A model generated the notes under the pieces. It had not been told where the DNA came from, did no database searches, and was given only the letters and a program-made list of their open reading frames with translations. Below are positions 54,810 to 64,000 of a stretch of 64,000 bases of DNA, piece by piece. This DNA comes from the human T2T-CHM13v2.0 reference genome, Homo sapiens. Positions within the stretch are counted from its first letter, which is position 1; each line of letters opens with the position of its first letter. The stretch lies in NCBI RefSeq assembly GCF_009914755.1, contig NC_060939.1, one strand, 5' to 3'. The position numbers and the translations under genes are program-made.

Positions 54810-55219
54810 TAAATCTCTTCTTAAAGTAAGCTTTTGCTTTTTCCTTAATTTTCTGCTTTTTGTCAGCCCTATCCACTGTCTCCTTACCCCATGCTCAATT
54901 TGGTATGCCTGTAGAGGAGTGAGCAATATGCAAAAGAGAATTTATAGGAACATGCATGGAAGAAGCAGCTAATACATTAGCTGGAGTAGGTCTTGAAGAG
55001 AAATCAACAAACTAGCTCTTCTTAGACAAAGAAAATGAGGCCTACTGAAGGTTCCACATCCCATTGATGATGACATCAGGTGGAAATCCAGGGAGAGGTG
55101 TGTCATGGTCACATGAACTGTAGCTGGCACTTTTTTTGGATTGCAACATTTGAGTGTCAACTGAGTGATACAACTTAGCACTTCCAAAATATGACCTAAG
55201 ACCAAAGGTCATTTCATCT

Positions 55220-55920
55220 CAGTCCATGTAAATAGAAGTATAGCTTCCAGGAAAAGTGGCCAGACCTCTTCAAAATTATTACATTTTGTTCTGAGTGCGA
55301 GATTTTAAGAGAATACTCAGGGGAAAGAGAGGAGGCAATAGAAGTTAAGTCATATGAGAAATAGCCCTGACAACTAGAAATGTTAAACTGGGCTAAAAAT
55401 GCCTCCTGGAAGTGAAGGAGTGGAACAGGAGGTGAGAAAGTGAAGATGACACCTGTGTGGAATCAGCTTATTCTGCAAGACTAAAAATGTGTATATACTT
55501 GAAGGAAGTGGTATTCTACACAGATTAGGAGCGCAGCCTCTAGAATCATACAGAACCAAGTAGTTCTCTGTTCTTGTGGAAGTTTCTTAATGCTGTCTTG
55601 ATTACTTCATCTCTAAAATGGGTTGATAATACTTAGAATGAATTTAAACGACATGCAGGTAAAGGTTGTATTCCAATGTCTGGTATTTAATAAATGCTAA
55701 ATTGATAATAACTATTATTATTATTATTATTAACTTTTTGTATTCCTAGGAGAAGAAGGTCTCATTCAGGGTAAGTTTCACATCACTGAAGGAAGTCAAA
55801 AGAAAACACAGATAGCCATTACATATGGATGTTGCAGAGAAGAATTCATGCACTGGGTGGACAGCTAGGAAGTCCCCTCAAATCAACCATACAGTAGTAT
55901 TATGACTTTGACCTTCTAGT
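55220..55920 (+). mobile_element. L3/CR1-like fragments with a nested MIR (~55505-55735)
   Basis: taaatagaagtatag..ggccagacc..gattttaagag; MIR core ttcatctctaaaatggg. Confidence 0.5.
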
Positions 55921-57029
55921 CAGTGTTTTTCCTACTTCAGGAGTGCACGGAAGATCAAAAGTATGATCTTAAAGCAATTCTTGAACCAGCAAAGTGTGGA
56001 TTTAAAAACAGGAACAAAGTCATAACTCCCCTTTATAGCTCCCCTGTGCTGTGTCATTTCAATGCTCACAAAATTCACCCAATAGTTGTTTTCTTCTACG
56101 TGTCTTCAGCCTTATCTGCCCAGCAACTCTGCTGTAATTATGATCCATCTACCAGATGTTCGAATCAGCGTTTGGTTCTTCTTCTGACTCCACTTTACCT
56201 GCAGAGAAAGAGTGTATGATGAATGTGTTGGCTGGCATAGAGGGAGAAGGGGCATATATGGGAAAGAGAGAGATCTAATAATAGCTAAAAGAGAATAAGT
56301 GGAGGTGAGGATAAGCTCTAAAGTTCACTATTTCCAAGATTAGAATAGGAGGCACAGAGCTCTATTTCCTTAGCTCTAAGCTAGCTGTCTGCCTTCTAGA
56401 TTTTAATATACTAATTTATTTTTTAATCAAATTAAATTTACTTTTTTGTGACATTTAATGGGTGATCAGTACCAAATGGTCATTTGACTGTACAGGTCCC
56501 TATCTCTCATTCATATTTTTGTTGAGGTAAAATTTCAGTTTTGAATAATGCAAAGGATTTTCTGGAGGTTTCCTTCATGGTGGTGGGAATAACAAACACA
56601 GAACTAGCTTTGCCTTGGCAGGGAGGCAATTCCAGCCTGTTGGGCCCTGGTGATGTAACCTGCTGGAGGAGACTTGTTACAACACCCAGGTTCTCCTGGC
56701 CCTCATTGAGAAGCTGCTTGGTGCTGATGATCAATATACATGACGGAGATGAGGCTCAGTGACTGGAAAAAGGGTGATAATGCTCTCATCTTTATTTTGC
56801 AAAAGATAAAATGAAAGCCGGAAAATAAGGGATTTGTGATCCCTAAAGGTTAAAGTTGTTTGTTATCCTGGTATCAGACAGATCTTTAAATATTGACTTT
56901 CATAGTCAGTGTACCCAGATCCTTGGACTGGAAGCCCTGGCTATGTTCAGAAAGGAAAGGGTAATTTTCTCAGTAGCCTTCCCTGAACTATTTTGAATAA
57001 TAACAGAACAGGCCCTCCTTTGCCAGGTA

Positions 57030-57105
57030 GATGACTATTTATCTGGCTTTGTCAACTGATAAATTCAGTGATTTATGGGACTTCAGCTGTCATCTTATCA
57101 GAATA
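57030..57105. promoter_or_regulatory. Candidate enhancer motif cluster (PBX-HOX, MEIS, GATA)
   Basis: TTGTCA 57049, TGATAAAT 57057, TGATTTATGG 57069, CTGTCA 57087 and three GATA cores; motif-only evidence. Confidence 0.35.
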
Positions 57106-58289
57106 ACATGTACTTCTTTGGATTATGCAACAATCAGATTCTTTCTAGAAGGAATTTGGAGCAAACCTAATAAAATAACCATGATTTGGGATCAAAAACC
57201 TTTTGCGTTTTCCTCCTCTATTTCATCTTTGGGAAAAGAATGACATACGAGCTGTTTGATAGGTGCACAGCAAGATGCTGTGATTGAAGTGATCAACTAC
57301 ATTATATGAACTTGCAATAACACATTATGCAAAATAGAAAAAAATAAAATTCAAACCAAACACATGTGGTCAAAAATTGCATTGCTTGATAAAAACAGAC
57401 TTTCCCTTTAACTAATGAGTCTAGAGGATGTATTTACAGGGCTATCAAAACAATCGGAAACATCATAAGGCATAACATTTGTTTGCCTTCTCAGGAAAGT
57501 AACTGTGCAGGCTTATGGATCATCTAAATTAGACTTCACTATTTTGATGTCCTTGCCATTTGTTCTTTTAAATTTCCAGCTTAGGGGGTATATTCGCCAT
57601 CAGCGTGCATGTGTAAGTACCATTAAGGCTAATAGGAATTTGGTGCCTGAATCCAAAGAAAAATCTATCTCTGAGATGGCATTTTGCACGTGTAATGCAC
57701 AAGAAAAATAACTAAAAAAAATCGATTTCTCTCCATCCAAAGCATATAAAACAATTATATTAATTATAAGTACAAGATAAAACACTTGCTTGTGGAATTT
57801 TAAATCAATTTAATACATTTGCAATTTTACGCATTTCTCTTGCTCAAAATTGCCTTTCCCAAATATGTTGTCTCAGGCTTTGAAGAACCTAGTGATGAAT
57901 GGAAATCAAGAGAAATAGGAATGGTGGGAGTGCATTTCTCAACACAGTCTTCATTTATTTATATTCTGCAACACATGCACCCATGATGTTTCAAACTTAT
58001 TTCCACCACATTCAAAATAAAACCTGGAACACAAAACAGCTTGCCTATATTTTCTTGTTTAAGACTCTATCTCCTGAGCTTTCCTTTGTATCTCAGTTCC
58101 TAACCACATAAGACATTTTCAGGCAAGAGTCGGTATTCAAATGAGATGTTAATTTAAAAAATTGTTACATCCTTCTGTTTATTTTGGTAGAAGGGAAATA
58201 TTGGTTCTTCGAGTTGCATTAAAACCTAGATAAAAACCAGTTTTTATCTTTATACATCTTTCGGAAAAAAAATTCTACCTCAAGAAATT

Positions 58290-59650
58290 TCTTTAACAAA
58301 GAGAACATTATTTCAGACTCTAACATTTCTGTCTGCCGATTATCATTAGTCATAAGCTAAGCCCTGCACTAAATGTCTAGTGAGCACAGATAATGTTCAT
58401 TTTGTCTGGAAGACAGGTTGCCGCCTGTCAAGGAGAGACGGAATAAATGACAGGTTTTGACTCTGTGCCTTGCAGGCATATTAGGCTAAGAAATCGCCAA
58501 CATGATGAAAAATTATTTTGTCAAAAATTTGTAGGTCACCCATCATTGTCTAATGTATTCTGTGATTAATTGCTAGCATAGATCAGCATTATGTCTTTCC
58601 AGTGAATCGCTTAATTGTTGCCTGCTTCATGCTCTTAATGTAATGATGAGGCATCTGCTCCTTTCACATGTGCTTTTAAATGCCAGCTTTTGCATCCAGG
58701 TTACAGGGTTGGTAATATTCAACTTAAAGAACTAGTTCAAATTAAAACTTCAGGACCGCCATCTCTTTTTGCTTTTTATGGGAGCGTGCGTGGAAGGCTG
58801 AGTGTTAGTGTTAATGTATGTAGATTTTATTTCTGATGAGTGATTATTTGACTGCTCATTTTAGGAAGATTTATGGTGTGCTTTCTATCTCCTGACTGCA
58901 GTGCTACTCTTATCTTTAATAAAGGAGATGAGGACATTAATCAGCCATTGTCAGGGCTCCTGACTAAGACATTAAATGTACTGTATGAGATAGGTAAACA
59001 CGCTCCAGATCCTTCTCTACTCCACTAGATCAGGCAAAAAAACACTCATTATATTTATCATAATTTCACATCTGCTGTTTTTGAAGCAATGTACCATGAG
59101 GCCATAAACTGTATTACAACTGTGCATAAATTCAACTGATTTGTGGCTGGAGTAACTAATTCCTAAAGTACATTTTAGAAAAACAAGCAGTGAGCCCTGA
59201 AATTGCAATTCCATAAAGGCACTAAATTACTGACTGCAGAATCAAAAATTTGCTTGATGTGATTCTGCAGTGACCATTTTATAAAAAGTGACAGTGCGCC
59301 TGTGATTGAGTCAATAAAATAAGGACGAGTGAGCTGTACACTCAAACAAGATTAAAGAGAAAGGGAATGACGGAGAACAGACTCGTGGTGTACAAATCGA
59401 GAAAAGCATAACGTCTCCCCCAAAATGGCTGACGGAGGCAACTATTAATAGCAACAATATTGATTTGTCAGTAATCTTTTCATTATTTTGGAGGTGAAAG
59501 AAAAAAATGTAATCTGTCTCTCTTTTATTCATTTCACAGCATAATAGGGAGCATACTTAATATTTAACTAAATGGATTTAGAAATAATTTTTTTAATTGC
59601 GGCAATAGCTATTGACTTAAGCTTGCCATAATATTTTCCAAAATTGTAAA
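58290..59650. promoter_or_regulatory. Candidate conserved non-coding enhancer block
   Basis: No recognisable repeat; repeated TGACAG/CTGTCA and TAAT motifs; local CpG retention; conservation is inferred, not measured. Confidence 0.45.
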
Positions 59651-62396
59651 GGATATTTCTCTATGGGTTATTTACTTGTCTTCTTGGCTTTTAAAGGTGT
59701 ATGTCCAAGTAATCTCTTTGTTAGGGCATCTTGCTGTATTTGGGTAGAAAATGTGTGTGTGTGTGTTTGTGGAGGGGGGAGTGCAGTGTCTATTTCTACA
59801 TGTGCTTTTGTCCTTGTGTGTATGCCTCACTTAATTTCTTACAAACTTGATCTGCACCTGAACTTGCTATAATGTCTTCTCCAAACGAGAAAGGAGAGCA
59901 GAGAGTGATTCGTACAGGACAAGTAAAACCAGAAACACCATTGTTTTTGAAGACAAAACACACTTGACATTTGTGAAGATGAAAGCCCAAGGCAGACCTG
60001 ACACTTGGAATCCTGAATAGAGAGGTGTGAGCCCACAAATGAAACCTGCTCAGGGTGGCAACCACGTATGTTCTCCTGGAAGTAGGATGTGATTATGTGA
60101 TTATTTATTAACTGGAAAAAGCAATTTAAGAGAAAAATAAATGGAACTGGGCTTTCATTGCTTGGGTTTCTCAAGATATACATCGCCTTTCACCAATTAT
60201 TTCATGCACCTCTGCTGTGGTGGTAGAAGTGCCACCGACGTGCTTTTGTTTAGTTTGACTATGATACATATGCATTATTTGTTTAACATTCTGTGTTTGG
60301 AGGCTCCTTCTCACTGAATGTTGGCAATTATTCACTACCCAGGGCAAATTGTGGAGGGCATTTACACAGAACATATTTTAGAGTGGTATAATCCTATTTG
60401 ATTTTGTTTACAGAGGAATGTATTTTGCCATATTTTATCCTTCTCCCTGGCCACTATCCTGGTCAACTTTTATAACTGCAAATCTGGAGCTGGCACACTG
60501 AATATTGCTCTATTCTTTACATATAATATCAAGTCAAAAATGGTTGTGTTCATAAGGCATTGCATAGTTTCTATCTAATGGTATCAATCTGTGCATCTCA
60601 GAGCGTTTCTTTTCCTGACATTATTACTTTACTGAAATTAAGCTTGAAACAATCTGATGTCAGATACTGTATATCTACTTTTATTGCCAGGCTTTCTGAG
60701 CCCACCATATTGCCAGGACTGCATCTCATTTTAGATGGGTTTAACCAGATATATATTCTCAAGTTTATTGAGAGTTGGATAGATTACATTTCCCATACTC
60801 AAAGAGCAGGCTGGTCCTTTCAGTGCATTTTATAGAACAAATGTAAATTCCCATGCTGCAGTTGACAAAAATTCATGGTTCTTTTCTTAGTGTCAAAAAT
60901 AAATCCAGCATAGCATTGGAGATGAGTGAGTGTGGTATAGTGGAGCAGGCTTCAGTTCACCCTTTCTGATTTAGCAGCAGTTTCGATGTACTTGAGAAAT
61001 CTGTAAAAGTTCAATTATTATGGTCTAGCCAAAGAGATTTGCTCACACAACAGAGCTACTGTACTTGAGAATGAATTGTAAGACTCAATGAAATGCAAAG
61101 CACTTTCTGAGCATAGCAAGCTCTTTTACCTTCCATCTCCATTTTCCTCCATCTTTTCCCCATCTACTTATATCCTTACATGAAGCTTATTCTGAAGGCT
61201 TTCACTGTAGTTAAATAAAACACAAGCATAAAAAATTGCCAAATCACTCCATTAAAATGCAATAAAAATTAGTCTTTTATTACTTGTAGGAATTTATATA
61301 TTTAGGAGGTACAGGATATACAAAAAATAGCAATCAAATAAATTTATTAGCAGCTTGGCTTGATCAGTTTGTCAAGATTGCTTACATATGTATGCCTTGG
61401 AAAGGCAGAATTATATGAAAAAGGTATTTATAGCTAAAAGTAAACCAAACACACTGAATCATGGAAAAAAATGCTCTCAAATATCATGCACTTCATCAAC
61501 ACAACACAGCTTGTGGTCTGATTTTGCTTGTGGACTGATTTTGCTTAAATGCGAGAGCAGGTTCTTAAAAACACACAGCATCTCCTTCTATATTTATATT
61601 CATTGATTTTAATTTTTTTCTTGGTCAAAGCTAGGGGTTTCCTCTTATTATCCCTCAAAAATTAATATTGCTTTTAGAAAAAAGTGAAAAAAATCAGGAG
61701 TATTCCGCAAAAAGAATGTAGTCTGACTACTACAAGAATAGTCCAAGTATGTCTGCTCTTAACATTTTTCTTTCATCATGTCATTTTGCTTTACCAAGGT
61801 TTGAGAAACGGGTGTTGGTGCATTTTGGAAAAGGAAAGACTTACATAATTGCCAACAAGAAGAATGTGATCAGTCTTTCATAAGGAGGAAGTTCTAGCTC
61901 CTTATAGTCACATTTAATCTCTTATTTATCTCCCTGGTGAGCATTGTAAAGAAAATTTTGTGGCATCTCAAATTAAATTCTTCCTCCACGTATCAGTAAA
62001 GTGAGGACAGCCCTTTGTTACATGGAGAAGACAAGTCTAGATACATACCTTCCTCAGCCACACACATACCCACCATACATATGAAATACACAGACATGGT
62101 ACATTATTATTACTTTACAATCAACTAATCTCCAGTATTTATGGTGTGATTATAAAATAAATAAAAAAATGTAAAACAACAGTTATTTCAACTTTGTAAA
62201 TTTGCATGAGCAGAGCAGCTAAGAACAAATAATCCTGAAAATGTATCACATCTAAGTGACAGTGTTTTATATATTGGCAAATAGTAGTCCAAAGTATAAT
62301 TACAGAGTCTAAAATATAATTACAGAGCTTCTGAGACATTATGCTTTATGAAAATTGATCATTTAAGAACATAGGTTTGCCCGAATTGAGGACGGT

Positions 62397-62588
62397 ATCT
62401 TACATTCTCAAAGAAATTCATGGGATAAATATTTTAATATATATTTTTGGTGTGTACCGGATCTTACATTCTCAAAGAAATTCATGTGATTAATATTTTA
62501 ATACATATTTTTGGAGGGTACTGTAGCTTACATTCTCAAATAAATTCATATAATAAATATTTTAATAAAGATTTTTGGTGTGTTCATT
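62397..62588. repeat. Tandem repeat, 3 x 64 bp
   Basis: Units start at 62397, 62461 and 62525 (cttacattctcaaa-aaattcat..aatattttaata..atttttgg). Confidence 0.95.
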
Positions 62589-62809
62589 ACATGTCAGGCA
62601 CAATCTGATGCACTATAAGCTTTTCGGATTCCATCAGTGTTTACGCTATCCAAGGTGAAAATAATGAAAACCCTGGGTAAAATGTTCTGTTATAAATATA
62701 TACAGAGAGAAACTGTCGTAAGGGTATGATCAATGGAACCCTGAACCTCTACAAGCATTGCAGAAGATATGGAATTTGCATCAATACTTAAATATGCTGT
62801 AGCTCTGTC

Positions 62810-63345
62810 CGTTCGTTTATTCATTTACTCATTTAATAAGTATGTATGAAATGCCTATTATGTGCCCGGCACTGATTTGGTTCTAGGAGTACAGCAATGA
62901 ATGACCCAGGATAAGTCCATGCCCTCCTACTGCTCACAGGGAAGTTGAATTCCAACGAGGGCAACTAAACTGGACTTGGTTAGTCTGAGAAGGCCACCAG
63001 GAGGAAGTGACGTCTGAAGCATCCCACAACGTGAAGGACAAGGAGCAGCCGAGCAGGTGAAAAGTGGGAAGGTTCTGAGAGTGAGGGTTGTCCTTAAAAG
63101 AGTATTCTCAAGTGAGGGAATAGGCGATGTGAAGGCCAGGAGGTGAGAGGAAGCAAGGGCTACTCTAAAAACTGGGAGAAGTTCAGTCTCTCTGAAGTGA
63201 GGGTGAGATGGAGAGAAGGCCAGGTCATGTAGAACCAAGTTAAAGATCTGAATATATCTTTCATGGCAATCAGAAACTATGACCACGCTTTAGATAAGCA
63301 AGGGGTGATCAAATTGTCATTTCATAAAAATTACTTTATTGTAGT
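62810..63345 (-). mobile_element. L2 fragment
   Basis: ttcatttactcatttaataagtatg..tatgtgcccggcactg..ccatgccctc. Confidence 0.7.
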
Positions 63346-63522
63346 CTAGAAGAGTACTCTCCAAACATTTTCATCACACACTCCCATCAGTAAACATTTT
63401 TGAACCCATCTCAAATACAAGAATATTTCTTTCTTTACTTATAAACATTATACTGGTTCTGTTGTGCTAATATATTAAGTTTATTTTTAAACAATACACA
63501 AAATTAATATGCAAAAGAATGA

Positions 63523-64000
63523 GCTCTTTGTCAGATGGGTAGATTGCAAAAATTTTCTCCCATTCTATAGGTTGCCTGTTCACTCGGATGACAGTTTCTT
63601 TTGCTGTGCAGAAGCTGTTTAGTTTAATTGGATCCCATTTGTCAATTTTGGCTTTTGTTGCCATTGTTTTTGGTGTTTTAGTCATGAAGTCTTTGCCCAT
63701 GCCTATGTCTTGAATGGTATTGCCTAAGTTTTCTTCTAGGGTTTTTAAGGTTTTAGGTCTTACATTTAAGTCTTTAATGCATCTTGAGTTAATTTTTGTA
63801 TAAGGTGTAAGGAAGGGATCTAGTTTCAGCTTTCTGCATATGGCTAGCCAGTTTTCCCAACACCATTTATTAAATAGGGAATCATTTCCCCATTGCTAGT
63901 TTTTGTCAGGTTTGTCGAAGATCAGATGGTTGTAGATGTGTGGTGTTATTTCCGAGGCCTCTGTTCTGTTCCATTAGTCTATATATCTGTTTTGGTACCA
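63523..64000 (-). mobile_element. L1PA7-like ORF2 fragment running off the window
   Basis: Peptide [22 protein letters not shown] on the minus strand; no 3' UTR or poly-T on its left side. Confidence 0.9.

Noticed and set aside
62397-62588. Regularly spaced repeats resembling a CRISPR array
   Set aside because: The units are contiguous and similar along their whole length, with no unique spacers and no cas genes, in primate DNA
62993-63010. CTCF-like gccaccaggagg
   Set aside because: Two mismatches at core positions, and it lies inside an L2 fragment

Overview
AT-rich, repeat-dense anthropoid primate (very probably human) genomic DNA. It contains Alu, L1PA4-L1PA16, older L1M/L2/L3/MIR, MaLR LTRs (THE1, MLT1), MER41 and DNA-transposon fossils (Tigger2, MER1, MER58, MER5, MER44). 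I find no supportable protein-coding gene, tRNA, rRNA or CRISPR array. Every recognisable ORF is a broken L1 ORF2 piece or an Alu/microsatellite read-through, and L1 orientation is mixed, so the window looks intergenic or deep intronic. I cannot name the locus, and I see no evidence for a new multi-gene system. The notable signals are rearrangement scars and candidate regulatory DNA. (1) An L1PA7 insertion at 20348-21454 carries a 3'-transduced MER41A LTR fragment, polyadenylated at the LTR's own AATAAA, inside one TSD. (2) Two short same-strand templated insertions (65 bp and 45 bp) sit inside MaLR LTRs, copied from sites 1365 and 1974 bp downstream, with junction microhomology. (3) There is one twin-primed (5'-inverted) L1 and probably a second at the window edge. 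(4) There are local fold-back palindromes and a 3 x 64-bp tandem repeat. (5) A ~4.5-kb transposon-poor block (about 56.4-60.9 kb) has PBX-HOX/MEIS motif clusters and local CpG retention, and looks like conserved enhancer DNA. Repeat subfamily names come from my recall of consensus sequences and need RepeatMasker/Dfam confirmation. Boundaries of old elements are approximate.
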